Shown here: positions 1 through 10,512 of the stretch, piece after piece
How the letters are laid out: each line of letters starts with the position of its first letter
Position numbering within the stretch: position 1 is the first letter of the stretch
Sequence record: OP978391.1
Origin: Escherichia phage HP3.2
Length of the DNA: 64,000 bases
Reading direction: 5' to 3' (one strand)
The notes under the pieces: generated by a model
Databases searched by the model: none
What the model was told of the DNA's origin: nothing
Seen by the model: the letters and a program-made list of their open reading frames with translations, nothing else
Program-made: the position numbers and the translations under genes

Positions 1-186
1 TTCAACTTGGCGACCATCCATACGAAGCATTTCTTTAAAATGAACGATATAGTATAGTCCTTTTTTCTGAAGAATATGACAGGACTGATACAGAACTTTA
101 TCTTTATTATTAGCAATTCCCATACGAGTCAAAGTTTCTTTTACTTTCAGAAAATCTTCAGGTTTTTTAAGAGTAATTTCAATCAT
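1..186 (-). CDS. regA: Translational repressor RegA, N-terminal part (3' end cut by window edge)
   Basis: Minus-strand ATG at 186; translation MIEITLKKPEDFLKVKETLTRMGIANNKDKVLYQSCHILQKKGLYYIVHFKEMLRMDGRQVE matches T4 RegA as recalled; start sits 1 nt from the gene 62 stop. Confidence 0.85.
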   Translation of the reverse strand, partial: MIEITLKKPEDFLKVKETLTRMGIANNKDKVLYQSCHILQKKGLYYIVHFKEMLRMDGRQVE

Positions 187-187
187 T

Positions 188-751
188 TTACCATTCCAAT
201 GCTAGTTTTTTGAGTTGTTTCTGTTCTTTTACGTTCTTAGTCACTTCTTTCAAAAAATCATCCGTGACTAAACCTTTTAGTTCTTTTAATACTAAAGATA
301 GTTTTCCATTTTTAGTAAGAATTGATTTATAGTTAATTGCATCATTTGTATTAACTTGATACCGCTTAGCAAGTAACTTAATAATCAATACTTCGGTGGA
401 ATCTTCAACCAGTTTTGCCCATTTACCATATCTTTTACCCCGAGGAACAGCAGCCATCAGATAATTAAAATGAGCTTCATCACTTAATCCAGAACCGATT
501 AAATTCATAGCATATACAGCTGGCATGCACTCTGGAAATTGTGATAATGCATTCTCAACCATGTATTTTGAATAATCTTTTTGAGCAATAGAGCATTTAG
601 TTTTATTATTAATAGCTCCAATTATTTCAAAAAACTCATTTTCAGCTTTTTCTTTAAAAGAATCAGCAGCGGATTGGACAGCTGTCCAATCTTTTGAATA
701 CCAAGCAACTTGATGCTCGTTTAATTGAATATCATCTTCAAATAAGCTCAT
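188..751 (-). CDS. 62: Clamp loader small subunit gp62
   Basis: ORF 188..772; start taken at [22 protein letters not shown] (187 aa), matching T4 gp62 from memory and overlapping the gene 44 stop. Confidence 0.9.
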   Translation of the reverse strand: MSLFEDDIQLNEHQVAWYSKDWTAVQSAADSFKEKAENEFFEIIGAINNKTKCSIAQKDYSKYMVENALSQFPECMPAVYAMNLIGSGLSDEAHFNYLMAAVPRGKRYGKWAKLVEDSTEVLIIKLLAKRYQVNTNDAINYKSILTKNGKLSLVLKELKGLVTDDFLKEVTKNVKEQKQLKKLALEW

Positions 752-752
752 A

Positions 753-1712
753 TCACTTCCACTGCATTTCACATGCTAACTGAATGAAAAGATAAGCTAA
801 ATGCAATTCAGTATTAGCTGCAATACCATGATACTGATTATTTTCGCCGACAATTTCGTACATACGAATAATACTCTGCGGAGTTACACGTGAATAGATT
901 TCTTCGGCAAGTTTACCTACGAACCACGAATAATCAGCTGCATATTTTGGTGCTAAAGCTCTGAGTTGTTTAACATCTTTATTTTTGAGAGACTCAAGAA
1001 CATCATCAATAGCACCACGATCGTTAGTAACCAGTGATAAAATACCAGCATCCAAAACACCTTTAGATGAATAACTATCGAGCTCGCCAATAGTTTTACG
1101 AAAATCAGGAAAATTCTTTTTAACCAAAGCTGCTACAACTTTCATATCAGCTATAGCAATTCCTTCATGCTTACAGATTTCAGTCAATCGACGAATCATC
1201 TGCTTCATCATTTCAATTTTATCTTCATCGGTCGGTTGACCGAACGTAATAACTCGGCAGCGTGACTGAAGTGGTTTAATAATACCATCAATATTGTTAG
1301 CAGTAATAATAATACTACAGTTTGAACTATAAGCTTCCATAAAGGAACGAAGATGTCGCTGAGACTCTGCTAATCCTGAGCGGTCAAATTCATCAATAAC
1401 GATTACTTTTTGACGACCATCAAATGAAGCGGCGCTGGCAAAATTAGTCAAAGGACCGCGAACGAAATCAATTTTACAATCTGATCCATTCACAAACATC
1501 ATATCAGCATTTACATCATGACACAATGCTTTTGCTACAGTTGTTTTACCTGTTCCTGGAGAAGGAGAATGAAGAATAATATGTGGAATCTTACCTTTAC
1601 TTGTAATAGATTTAAAGGTTTCTTTATCAAAGGCGGGAAGAATACATTCATCGATAGTAGATGGACGATATTTCTGTTCAAGAATGTGTTCTTTTTCATT
1701 TACGGTAATCAT
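753..1712 (-). CDS. 44: Clamp loader ATPase gp44
   Basis: ORF 753..1727; start taken at [11 protein letters not shown] (319 aa); Walker A GTGKTT; matches T4 gp44 from memory. Confidence 0.9.
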
Positions 1713-1744
1713 AATTTCCTCATTCAAGTTTTAGTGTAAATTAT

Positions 1745-1763
1745 AAAGGGCCGAAGCCCTTTA
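1745..1763 (-). terminator. GGGCTTCGGCCC stem-loop between genes 45 and 44
   Basis: Perfect 4-bp GC stem with UUCG loop on the minus strand directly after the gene 45 stop; same motif recurs at other gene junctions. Confidence 0.5.
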
Positions 1764-2450
1764 TTAAAAATCGTGGGTAGAATCAGCTTCAAGAGCTACC
1801 ACATAATTCGCGTGTTCACCTTCAAATTTAGCAGCACCTTGTTTACCTTTTGCCCAGAGCAGAAGTTTATAATTTCCTGGTTGCATTTTCATATTTGCCA
1901 TATTGATAATGAAATTAAATGTATTTTCACCATCATAATCACCAAGAGTCAAAGAATATTTAACACGGGTCAGAGCAGAATCTTCTACTTTATTAAAACC
2001 GTTAATTACGATTTTACCTTCTTTTACCGTGATAGCAATTGTATCAATTTGCAGACCACGAGATACACGCAACAGTTGTTGAAGGTCTTCAGCTTTAATT
2101 TCAGTAACAACAGATGCTACCGGAAATGGAATTGGTTTATTAGGAGCAACTACTGTACTCGGATCGGCTGCTGGCCAAAAAATTGTTGAACGAGCATCAG
2201 CAATTTTAATATTTCCATCTTCTGACTGGGAAATTTCTGCATCATCATTAACTAGCGACAGAATACCGAGAAAACCGTTCAAATCGTAAATTGCTACATC
2301 AAAATCAATAACGTCAGAAATATTTGCTTCCGCGTAAGTTGTACCATTAACTGCGCGAGTCATAATAAATTGACCGGATTTAAGCATAATGCCAGAGTTA
2401 ATAGTAGCGAAATTTTTCAAAATATTCAGTGTATCTTTAGACAGTTTCAT
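1764..2450 (-). CDS. 45: Sliding clamp gp45
   Basis: 228-aa ORF MKLSKDTLNILKNFATINSGIMLKSGQFIM...; matches T4 gp45 from memory. Confidence 0.92.
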   Translation of the reverse strand: MKLSKDTLNILKNFATINSGIMLKSGQFIMTRAVNGTTYAEANISDVIDFDVAIYDLNGFLGILSLVNDDAEISQSEDGNIKIADARSTIFWPAADPSTVVAPNKPIPFPVASVVTEIKAEDLQQLLRVSRGLQIDTIAITVKEGKIVINGFNKVEDSALTRVKYSLTLGDYDGENTFNFIINMANMKMQPGNYKLLLWAKGKQGAAKFEGEHANYVVALEADSTHDF

Positions 2451-2469
2451 GTAATTTCCTTCAATTCAA

Positions 2470-2505
2470 ATGAGATTTAATTTTATAACTAATTTAATAA
2501 AGCAA
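2470..2505 (-). promoter_or_regulatory. Candidate MotA-dependent middle promoter upstream of gene 45
   Basis: Minus strand reads TTGCTTTA (MotA-box-like) then about 10 nt then TATAAA/TAAAAT. Confidence 0.35.
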
Positions 2506-2895
2506 TTAACGATTAAAATCAGTTGCGATTGTTTCGGCAACAATTTGTGCAGCAACAATCAGACGTTCATCTGCATTACCACAATAATCATCTTCAAGGC
2601 GTTCACCACATGAAGTCATAATAAATTTAGCACCGGCGTTTAGGGATTCTGTAGTATGTTTGCGCATTAGTTCAATCCATTTATTACTTACTTCACGATC
2701 GATAGCTTCATAATACGCATGACGAGCAGGTGCAGATTTAATTTTGTTCTGAATAACTTCCATTGCGTTATCAGAAAGAGACAAAACCCATGCTCGACGA
2801 ATTTTATTTTGGTTTTGTGGATTTGATTCAGAACGCACGTGTTTTGGCTGAATATCTTTTACATCAACAGTATAATTCACAGTAATTTTAGTCAT
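2506..2895 (-). CDS. rpbA: RNA polymerase-binding protein RpbA
   Basis: 129-aa ORF in the T4 rpbA position between genes 45 and 45.2. Confidence 0.7.
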   Translation of the reverse strand: MTKITVNYTVDVKDIQPKHVRSESNPQNQNKIRRAWVLSLSDNAMEVIQNKIKSAPARHAYYEAIDREVSNKWIELMRKHTTESLNAGAKFIMTSCGERLEDDYCGNADERLIVAAQIVAETIATDFNR

Positions 2896-2904
2896 AATAC
2901 ACCT

Positions 2905-3093
2905 TTAGTCATAATAATCAGTAACAGTCCAAGCTTCATTTCTATTGGACATTATTTTTGTATATTCTGCTTTAAATGCATTCCTAAGCATAGATTCAGT
3001 AACTATATGCTCTTCATTAGAAAAATTATTTCTCAGAATATATCGTTTTATTTCAGGAAAAGTTAATAAATGCTGTCCAGTTGAATATTCCAT
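2905..3093 (-). CDS. Hypothetical protein, positional equivalent of T4 45.2
   Basis: 62-aa ORF between rpbA and gene 46. Confidence 0.5.
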   Translation of the reverse strand: MEYSTGQHLLTFPEIKRYILRNNFSNEEHIVTESMLRNAFKAEYTKIMSNRNEAWTVTDYYD

Positions 3094-3148
3094 GTTTTTC
3101 CTCCATAGAGATTATACTCTAATAAATTAAAGCATAATCTCTTATAAA

Positions 3149-4858
3149 TTAAACCATTACAGTAAATCGACCAACTTTCTTCATTTGAAGATGCTGACCA
3201 TATTCTTGCGGGTCATGGTCTTTATGCGAAATTATAAAAACATTAGTGTTTTTCATTGAATTTATAATATTAGCTACACCTTTAATACCTTCGGCATCAA
3301 ATGACCCATCAAACACTTCATCAAGAATTAATGTACTAATACTAACACCAGATACGATAGAAGCAATATCACGCCAAGTAAATAAAAGAGCAATATCAAT
3401 TCGTGCCTTTTCACCTTCACTAAATGAAGCATAACTAAAATCTTCACGACCACGGGATTTAATTGTCTCATTAAATTCTTCATCTAATGTAAACACATAA
3501 TCCGCTTCCATTATTTTAAGATAATGGTTAATCTGCTTATTAAATAATGGAATGTACTTTTTAATAATAGCACCTTTAATACCAGAATCTTTGAGCATAT
3601 CAGTCAAAATTCCTCGGTGGTATTTTTCCATTACTAAATTAGTTTTTGTCTTAACAATTTTATCAAGTTCTTCTTGAAGCAGTGCTATTTCATCAGCATG
3701 GTCAATAAACTCGGATGATGCTTTTTCTATAGCTGCTTTAACTTTTTTAGCTTTATCTACTGTCGTGATTAGAGATTGCTTTTTATTGCGAATATCATTT
3801 GCCAACGACTGCTGGGTTTTAATATTATCTCGGTATTCATCAACAAGAACTTTTAAATTATCACGGTGCGTTGAAAGCTGTTCAAACGAATGCGTACATT
3901 CAGAAACTTTATCTTTAATTTTAGAAACAACTTTATCACCGGAACTTAATTGTGACAAACAGGTTGGACATAATCCACCTTCGTGATACATATTAATGAC
4001 TTTATTATACGAGTCAATTTTTGATTTAATTAAAACTGCTTCTTGACCGATTTTATTAAATGCATCAGTCGGGTCTTCATCTAAAACAATATTAACTAAT
4101 CTTTCATTAGCTTCTTCTATTTCCGATTTTAGCGTTCTAGCTTCTTTTGCCAAATCATCATACATATTTTGTAGACGAGTAAGGTTGTCACCCGTTAATT
4201 TTTTCTGGCGTTCAACGTTATCATTATATATTTTAATTTGTTGGATAATACTATCTTTTTTAACATCAAGCACTTGGTTTTGTGAATTTAATTCACGTAT
4301 TAGTGCTTTATTAAGCTTATCCATTTCAGCTAATGTTCCTACCTCAAGCAGGTCTTCCACAAGCTTTCTTCGCGCAGGGGTCGACAAACCCATGAAAGGG
4401 GTATACCCTGCTGTACCAAGGACAACAATCTGCTTGAAACTGGCATATGACATTCCGATAAGCTGTTCAAATTCTGCTTGGAAATCTTTACTGCTGGCAG
4501 ATTCATTAAGACGTGTACCGTTAACGGTGATTTCGAAAACGTTTGGTTTTTGTCCTCTTTTGATATAGTACTTTTTCTCATCATATTCCATCCACAGTTC
4601 AACTAAAAGTTCTTTCTTATTTGTGCTGTTTATTAATTGACCTTTCTTAACATCACGAAATGGTTTACCGAAAAGTCCGAAAGTAATGGCTTCTAACATC
4701 GTAGATTTACCACCGCCATTTTTACCTGTGATTAAGGTCTTTTGGACTTTATCTAATTGGATATCGATAAAATTTTGCCCCTCGAATCCATCATCATCTT
4801 TAACGTCCATTTCGACTTCAAGCCTGAGTCCAGCATTGTTAAATTCATCTAAAGTCAT
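3149..4858 (-). CDS. 46: Recombination nuclease subunit gp46 (Rad50/SbcC-like ATPase)
   Basis: 569-aa ORF; Walker A GKNGGGKST, long coiled-coil middle, C-terminal LILDEVFDG signature; ATGA overlap with gene 47 stop; exact start uncertain. Confidence 0.85.
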   Translation of the reverse strand: MTLDEFNNAGLRLEVEMDVKDDDGFEGQNFIDIQLDKVQKTLITGKNGGGKSTMLEAITFGLFGKPFRDVKKGQLINSTNKKELLVELWMEYDEKKYYIKRGQKPNVFEITVNGTRLNESASSKDFQAEFEQLIGMSYASFKQIVVLGTAGYTPFMGLSTPARRKLVEDLLEVGTLAEMDKLNKALIRELNSQNQVLDVKKDSIIQQIKIYNDNVERQKKLTGDNLTRLQNMYDDLAKEARTLKSEIEEANERLVNIVLDEDPTDAFNKIGQEAVLIKSKIDSYNKVINMYHEGGLCPTCLSQLSSGDKVVSKIKDKVSECTHSFEQLSTHRDNLKVLVDEYRDNIKTQQSLANDIRNKKQSLITTVDKAKKVKAAIEKASSEFIDHADEIALLQEELDKIVKTKTNLVMEKYHRGILTDMLKDSGIKGAIIKKYIPLFNKQINHYLKIMEADYVFTLDEEFNETIKSRGREDFSYASFSEGEKARIDIALLFTWRDIASIVSGVSISTLILDEVFDGSFDAEGIKGVANIINSMKNTNVFIISHKDHDPQEYGQHLQMKKVGRFTVMV

Positions 4859-5874
4859 TGTGTTGCCTCTACATATAGCTGATTTGCATATTGAATAAGT
4901 GCTTCACGGTCAGAATCAGTGATGTCTGGAATTGCATTAATATACTCTTCCATTAATGTCTGAAGCGATTGGACTTCAACTTCTTCACTGTCATCTGACT
5001 CGACAGAGTTATCAATCTTTGACACAACTCGTAATGAATGCACAACTTTTTCTAGTTCAGATTCGAACTTCGTTAGATTTTTGTCTACTTCAGTTACTAT
5101 AACACGTACTGATAGATTTGTAAAATCTTTATAGTCAATTTTTCCTTTAAATGGATAATGAATTCTACGATGCCAGGTAGTATTGTTTGGAATAAATTCC
5201 ATTCGTTCTGTTTCTGTATCAAACATCCAGAACCCGCGAGGGTCATTCTCGTCACCTGCAGTTAGTGTCCATGGTGTCCCAATATATCTGACGTTAGCAG
5301 CCTCAGAGATAGTATGGAAGTGACCAGACCACACTTCTTTATAAGTCTTAAGGAAATCAGGTTCAAGACCATGAGATTTCATTCCTTTATAAAAATAAAA
5401 TCCATTCAGTTCCCAGTGACCAACACAAAAAGAAGCAGATGAAGTTTTGATGTGCTCAAGAATTTCACCAGTATTTTCTTCACACATCCAAGGAATTAAA
5501 TCAATTAAACATCCGTCAAAATCTACTGTAGTAGGCTTATCATATACTTTAACATTAGGATATTTAGCCAAAAGCTCAGTAGAGGCATTTGGATGCATTA
5601 CATTTTTGTAGTGGAGATCGTGATTTCCTACAATAGTATGTAATGTGATTCCAGCGTCATCAAGCATTTGAACTATTTCACGGGCAAACTCCATAGTTTT
5701 ATGCGTGATCGCTTTTCGTACATCAAAAATATCACCGTATTGAATCCATACAGTAATTCCATTTTTCTTAGAATATTCTATCGCTTGCTTAATTCCATCA
5801 ATTTGAATACCGCGAATCCATTCATCATCAGCTTTAACACCTAAATGCCAATCACCTAAATTTAAAATTTTCAT
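4855..5874 (-). CDS. 47: Recombination nuclease subunit gp47 (Mre11/SbcD-like)
   Basis: 339-aa ORF MKILNLGDWHLG...; phosphoesterase motifs GDxxD, GNHD. Confidence 0.9.
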   Translation of the reverse strand: MKILNLGDWHLGVKADDEWIRGIQIDGIKQAIEYSKKNGITVWIQYGDIFDVRKAITHKTMEFAREIVQMLDDAGITLHTIVGNHDLHYKNVMHPNASTELLAKYPNVKVYDKPTTVDFDGCLIDLIPWMCEENTGEILEHIKTSSASFCVGHWELNGFYFYKGMKSHGLEPDFLKTYKEVWSGHFHTISEAANVRYIGTPWTLTAGDENDPRGFWMFDTETERMEFIPNNTTWHRRIHYPFKGKIDYKDFTNLSVRVIVTEVDKNLTKFESELEKVVHSLRVVSKIDNSVESDDSEEVEVQSLQTLMEEYINAIPDITDSDREALIQYANQLYVEATQ

Positions 5875-6011
5875 ATATCAAGAACCGTCATTGAAATGCA
5901 AAATAAAATTATTGAAATAAATCCATCTGGAGTGCTAAAGAACCCAATCCAACATGCTCTAGTGAATAGATAAAACGCGAGAAAAAGTATCACATATCCA
6001 AGAAATATCAT
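5871..6011 (-). CDS. Small hydrophobic protein, positional equivalent of T4 47.1
   Basis: 46-codon ORF MIFLGYVILFLAFYLF... read by hand (below the ORF-track cutoff); ATGA overlap with the gene 47 start. Confidence 0.4.
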   Translation of the reverse strand: MIFLGYVILFLAFYLFTRACWIGFFSTPDGFISIILFCISMTVLDI

Positions 6012-6034
6012 TATATCAAACTCCGTATAAAGCT

Positions 6035-6050
6035 AAAGGGCCGAAGCCCT
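6035..6050 (-). terminator. GGGCTTCGGCCC stem-loop after a-gt
   Basis: Same hairpin motif as at 1745..1763, immediately 3' of the a-gt stop. Confidence 0.45.
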
Positions 6051-7253
6051 TTATTTTGTAATAATGTCAAACTGTTCTTTAAAGCAGAAGCTTGAATCTT
6101 GATGCTGATACAAAAATTCATATGCTTTTTCTCGCTCACGGTCATAAAGAGCTCGGTCAGATGACAGTTCTTTAATACGCTCGAATGTTGATTCCATGCC
6201 ATTTTCATCAAACCAAATGATACCGCTATCATGCGAGGTCAAAGGAGTATTATCAACACGGAATTTTAAATTTTCGCCAGTAGATTTCCAGAAAACAGGA
6301 ATTGTACCGCAAGCACCTAATTCAAGATGAGTATATTCTAGTGAGCGTTGTAAGTATTTCTGGTTAAGTTTACTCAACTGATATCCAAAGCCAGATTTAC
6401 TCATTCGTTCAAGCATTTCACTATTAATATAACAATCTAGGATTTGTGCCGGTTGATTCGGCGTGAGATTCATTTTATCGATCTCACGATTACCGTAATA
6501 TTCATACGGAATACCTTTTTCCTTAATTGCAATAAAAGCAGGGGAACGTTCAAGACCTTCCATTACAGTGGATTTACCAGCAGGTTTTAAGAATTTTTCG
6601 TGAAAATCAAACATCTGGTAAAAACCTTTCCATGTAGTCGTACGACCAATCCAACGATTGATATTCATGTTAATTTCAGAAACATCTTTCCAGTAGGTTG
6701 ATCGAACTTTCGCAATATCCATAGGAGGCTGAAAATTATATACTGTTGGTGCTTCTTCAATATCATCAAACAGAGAAACAGTTTCTGGATACCATTCTTT
6801 CATCAGAACTTTATTAAAATCGCCATTATCAGAATGACTAAAAATAACATCAGCTCGACGAACAGTTTCTTCTAATCCCAAATTTCGACGCAAAGAAAGA
6901 ACAGAATGATCATGCTGATAAACTACAACACGAATAGAAGGTTTAATATTATCTAAAAGTTTTTTATAGTTATTAATCGTGGCTTCTTGAACGGAAGTAG
7001 CAGGAACAGAATTAATAATTAGAATATCACAATCATTTACCAGCTTAAGTGCTTTATCGTATTCTTTAGCTAAAATAACTGGAATTGAAAATGATTTGTG
7101 GTCATGAGAACTTGTACGAGTAAATGATTTATCTTTAGCATAAACCAAAGTTACTTCATGACCATTCTTAATAAACCAATCACGTTGCTCGAGTGAGAAT
7201 TTTGTTACACCACAACCTTCAAGACCTCGAGCCATAAAAATACATACTTTCAT
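6051..7253 (-). CDS. a-gt: DNA alpha-glucosyltransferase
   Basis: 400-aa ORF MKVCIFMARGLEGCGVTKFSLEQRDWFIKNGHEV...; matches T4 alpha-gt in length and sequence from memory. Confidence 0.85.
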   Translation of the reverse strand: MKVCIFMARGLEGCGVTKFSLEQRDWFIKNGHEVTLVYAKDKSFTRTSSHDHKSFSIPVILAKEYDKALKLVNDCDILIINSVPATSVQEATINNYKKLLDNIKPSIRVVVYQHDHSVLSLRRNLGLEETVRRADVIFSHSDNGDFNKVLMKEWYPETVSLFDDIEEAPTVYNFQPPMDIAKVRSTYWKDVSEINMNINRWIGRTTTWKGFYQMFDFHEKFLKPAGKSTVMEGLERSPAFIAIKEKGIPYEYYGNREIDKMNLTPNQPAQILDCYINSEMLERMSKSGFGYQLSKLNQKYLQRSLEYTHLELGACGTIPVFWKSTGENLKFRVDNTPLTSHDSGIIWFDENGMESTFERIKELSSDRALYDREREKAYEFLYQHQDSSFCFKEQFDIITK

Positions 7254-7317
7254 TTAATATCCTCTTTGTTTTGGTTTATTTTACCAAAAATTTATAAAGC
7301 AATATAGGAGCCGAAGC

Positions 7318-7491
7318 TCCTATCCACATAATACGCCATACAAAGGCTCATTAGAGCTTCTAAATTTTCTGCGCCTATATGTTATAGTTCCTTCTGCTTT
7401 AGCTTTATCGTAAGACTCTTTAAAGCGTCTCATCATTTCTACTTTAGAGGAACGAATTTTATTATAATCTATTTCAGAAGTCTGGGTGTTC
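7318..7491 (-). CDS. Hypothetical small protein
   Basis: 57-codon ORF MNTQTSEIDYNKIRSSKVEMMRRFKESYDKAKAEG... read by hand upstream of a-gt. Confidence 0.3.
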
Positions 7492-7496
7492 ATCTT

Positions 7497-7703
7497 TCAT
7501 AACTGCCACCATTTTTTGACTTGATAAGAATCAACCCACACTTTCATATTAGGGTCTGCTCTTACAATAGGAGGATTAACTTCTTTAATTGAACTATCAT
7601 GGTATTCTTTTTCAGAAATTTTCACACAAAGATGACCATTCAAAGATTCAGTAAATCCTGCATTAATTTTAAGACGCTTGAATTTTACGTGTGTAAGCAT
7701 CAA
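7497..7703 (-). CDS. Hypothetical protein
   Basis: 68-aa ORF in the early-gene array. Confidence 0.35.
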   Translation of the reverse strand: MMLTHVKFKRLKINAGFTESLNGHLCVKISEKEYHDSSIKEVNPPIVRADPNMKVWVDSYQVKKWWQL

Positions 7704-7986
7704 TCATATCCTCAATCTGCGATCTAGTAGTCTTCCAAAGAATACTGATGAGTTCATCGTTATATGGCTGTTTTAGAATATCCCGACTTTTCTTGATAGC
7801 ATATTCGTATTGAGCAAAATTATTATTTTCAGCTGCGATCTGAGCGTGCTTATAAAGACGATTCAGTTCGCGTTTATTTTTAGACAATAACTTATTTGCT
7901 TTTCTTTCTGCTTCAAGACGGTTCTTTTCTTCAATAGAAGAAATAAGCTTTTTCACTTCATCATTAATTTCGGGTTTATCAGTCAT
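7669..7986 (-). CDS. Hypothetical protein
   Basis: 105-aa ORF, charged and coiled-coil-like. Confidence 0.45.
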   Translation of the reverse strand: MTDKPEINDEVKKLISSIEEKNRLEAERKANKLLSKNKRELNRLYKHAQIAAENNNFAQYEYAIKKSRDILKQPYNDELISILWKTTRSQIEDMIDAYTRKIQAS

Positions 7987-7987
7987 A

Positions 7988-8206
7988 TTATTTCTCTAAT
8001 ATAAAATAAAAATCATCATCTGTTAAATGATACCGATAGTTTAATTCTACACCATTAGATTTAAAAGCGGTATCATACGGATTTTCTGGATCAATATCAA
8101 TGTCAAGAGCTAAAACTTCCCTGAGATACATTTTAAGTAAATAGGGAATAGCTTCAACTTCAGGTATTTCTTCCAAGAATCCGGAGAGGTTAATCGTTAG
8201 CCTCAT
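7988..8206 (-). CDS. Hypothetical protein
   Basis: 72-aa ORF directly downstream of gene 55. Confidence 0.4.
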
Positions 8207-8747
8207 ATAAAAAATCCAAACTAGGAGAATCGTCTACAACACTTTTCTTTTCAGCCCCCGGTGTTCTATAGGTTGATTCTTCGTAATGCGTCATTTTATC
8301 GTAGATGTCTTGAATAAAAGTTTCATCTACTAACGCAACCATATCGTCGTCACGACTGTCATAGACATTGTGAACGAAGTAACTGTATTTCTTTGCAACT
8401 TCCTTACGTTCTTTTTTAATACGTTGGACGAATGCATTAAAACAAGCTTGAGTTATATATGCATGCGGGTTTTTATATTTCGTTTCATCAAAATTGTGAA
8501 GCCCCTTAATAGAAGCTTCTATACCATCTGCAATCATTTCTTGTTTCCAAGACTGGGTGTATCCTGAAAAGTTGAAACGTTTAGATAAGCCTTCTGCAAT
8601 AAGCATAATGGCTAATCCGATAGTATCATTCTGACGAACTACTTTATTTGGGTCTTTATTATTTGCTAATTCTGTTTTCCAATCAATAATAGCTTGTAAA
8701 AGCTCTTTATTGTTTACGTAATTATATTTAGGCTTAGTTTCTGACAT
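8190..8747 (-). CDS. 55: Late-transcription sigma factor gp55
   Basis: Start taken at [23 protein letters not shown] (185 aa); matches T4 gp55 from memory. Confidence 0.9.
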
Positions 8748-8825
8748 TTTCACCTCTTAGCTCAATTCATAGATCTATTATATCATAATATTTGAAGATC
8801 TATCTTAAAGCATAGAGGATATCAG

Positions 8826-9095
8826 TTATCTAAGTAAGCAGTATGCTTGGAATACTTTCTCCATCATCTTTTTAAATTCATGAATATCTATATAATGACT
8901 AGTTAGATCAGCATGATATAAAAAGTCTAAAAACTTTTCATGTGTACTAACATATTCACTTTCATTTAATTCAGAAACATGGCTTTCCCAATATCCAACA
9001 CCAGTCTTATTTGGGAAAAATGAAATTTTCATGTATTGGTCAACATAGAAAATGCCATAATTTTCAATAGTAATAGAAATATTAATAAATTTCAT
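8826..9095 (-). CDS. Hypothetical protein
   Basis: 89-aa ORF; ATGA overlap with the upstream neighbour. Confidence 0.45.
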   Translation of the reverse strand: MKFINISITIENYGIFYVDQYMKISFFPNKTGVGYWESHVSELNESEYVSTHEKFLDFLYHADLTSHYIDIHEFKKMMEKVFQAYCLLR

Positions 9096-9307
9096 ACATT
9101 CATCAACTTAGCCGCTTCAAGAGCTGCATCTAGTGAATCAAATTGGTCAACATATTCAATCAATTCGCCGTAATTGGCATATAACCACCATTGGCTAAAT
9201 TCATACTCAAGAATGAATCCATTTCCTTCAATTTGAGTTAAACCACTGCCGTTTGTATTTACTTCATACCCAGCAAGACGTAAATCGTTAATAAGAGCTT
9301 CATTCAT
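9092..9307 (-). CDS. Hypothetical protein
   Basis: 71-aa ORF. Confidence 0.45.
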   Translation of the reverse strand: MNEALINDLRLAGYEVNTNGSGLTQIEGNGFILEYEFSQWWLYANYGELIEYVDQFDSLDAALEAAKLMNV

Positions 9308-9309
9308 AA

Positions 9310-9636
9310 TTATGCCTTAGTAATTTTCAGGTCAGCAAATTTTTTCTTGCGTTGATTTTTCATGCGACGAATAGTTTTATCGGAAATTTCATGCTTTTGA
9401 TAAGCTTTAGATTCTACACCAAAAGCTTTAACATCAAATTCTGACAAGATATATTGAACCAACAATTCACGGACAGTATTGCGTCCAATCTTCTGATCAT
9501 TCTGTTTCATCGTCTGATGAAGCTCTTTTTCCCATTTATCCAAAATTTGAGGAGTTACAATATCGCCTTTTTCTAGCAAAGAAACTACTTTATCATATGC
9601 GTAAGAATTGATGGCGTTTTTAATTTGAATAGTCAT
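9310..9636 (-). CDS. Hypothetical protein
   Basis: 108-aa ORF. Confidence 0.45.
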   Translation of the reverse strand: MTIQIKNAINSYAYDKVVSLLEKGDIVTPQILDKWEKELHQTMKQNDQKIGRNTVRELLVQYILSEFDVKAFGVESKAYQKHEISDKTIRRMKNQRKKKFADLKITKA

Positions 9637-9670
9637 ACATTATCCTCAATTACGTTAAAATTTTATTATC

Positions 9671-9689
9671 CAAAAAAGGGCCGAAGCCC
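9671..9689 (-). terminator. Rho-independent terminator (GGGCTTCGGCCC plus U6)
   Basis: Minus strand reads GGGCTTCGGCCCTTTTTTGG immediately after the stop of ORF 9690..9890. Confidence 0.6.
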
Positions 9690-9890
9690 TTAGCTAAACT
9701 TTTTGGCACCCTTCCAGCCTTCGTACATCATTGCGACTGACAATGACAAAGCTCCTTCACATGCTGTGTACTTATTATTCCAGAACCAATTTAGAAAAAC
9801 TTCATCCTCAATACCATTGTGTTTCATGTTCTGGAAAAATTTGGCGCGTTCTTCAGCAATTCGCTGCGATAATTTAGATTCAGGATTCAT
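9690..9890 (-). CDS. Hypothetical protein
   Basis: 66-aa ORF followed by a terminator. Confidence 0.45.
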   Translation of the reverse strand: MNPESKLSQRIAEERAKFFQNMKHNGIEDEVFLNWFWNNKYTACEGALSLSVAMMYEGWKGAKKFS

Positions 9891-10106
9891 TTAAATTTCC
9901 CAATTGCCATTTTCATCAATAAATTTAATCCAGTCATTTACTGACCACTTAGTTGTATCGCCTTTTGGAGTAACATTTAAAGTATATAACCCCTGCTTAA
10001 AAAGCATTCGTTTGATATTCATATTTTCCTCAGCTATAACGATAACACTCGTTTGATTTACGTTTAGCAACTCGTTGAGAAGTATTATAATCAAAATCAT
10101 CGTCAA
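9891..10106 (-). CDS. Hypothetical protein
   Basis: 71-aa ORF. Confidence 0.4.
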   Translation of the reverse strand: MTMILIIILLNELLNVNQTSVIVIAEENMNIKRMLFKQGLYTLNVTPKGDTTKWSVNDWIKFIDENGNWEI

Positions 10107-10323
10107 TGTAAACTGATTTTTTCAACTTTCTTACTTCACCGCGTAATTGACGATTTAACTCATCTTTAACTTCTGAATCAATACCTTTCATTCTACGCCA
10201 TTTATCTGAGCGAAAAATGTTTTCAACCATATCTTTATGACTTACACCATCAGGAGCTTTACGCTTTCCGAAATAGTCATAATCACGAACTTTCAAGTCT
10301 TTACGACGATACGTTTTACCCAT
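10030..10323 (-). CDS. Hypothetical basic protein
   Basis: ORF 10030..10362; start taken at MGKTYRRKDLKV where it overlaps the upstream stop (TAATG-type). Confidence 0.4.
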   Translation of the reverse strand: MGKTYRRKDLKVRDYDYFGKRKAPDGVSHKDMVENIFRSDKWRRMKGIDSEVKDELNRQLRGEVRKLKKSVYIDDDFDYNTSQRVAKRKSNECYRYS

Positions 10324-10492
10324 GGAGTTTAATTTCCTTAGCAACTGAACTAAATGCAGCACGATCGCAAATCAAGCGTTTATTCCATTTAAGTAAAGTA
10401 TAGTGAACCTCAAAATCATCTACTGCTGTAACAATAACGATATGTCCATTAACACGATAATACTGATCTCTTTTAATCTCTTTATCAACCAT
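10316..10492 (-). CDS. Hypothetical small protein
   Basis: 58-codon ORF MVDKEIKRDQYYRVNGHIVIVTAVDDFEVHY... read by hand. Confidence 0.35.
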   Translation of the reverse strand: MVDKEIKRDQYYRVNGHIVIVTAVDDFEVHYTLLKWNKRLICDRAAFSSVAKEIKLHG

Positions 10493-10512
10493 ATCAATTC
10501 CTCAAAGGCAAT

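Noticed and set aside
1518-2189. Plus-strand ORFs 1518..1739 and 1773..2189 (73 and 138 aa)
   Set aside because: They lie antisense inside genes 44 and 45, whose products are recognisable; low-complexity Phe/Ile-rich translations typical of shadow ORFs in AT-rich DNA
4185-4898. Plus-strand ORFs 4185..4568 and 4686..4898 and minus-strand ORF 4339..4602 within gene 46
   Set aside because: All sit inside the gene 46 coding region in alternative frames; no start context; gene 46 itself is the confident call
6011-6232. Minus-strand ORF 6011..6232 (73 aa)
   Set aside because: Alternative frame inside the a-gt coding sequence; a separate 46-codon ORF (5871..6011) fits the compact layout better
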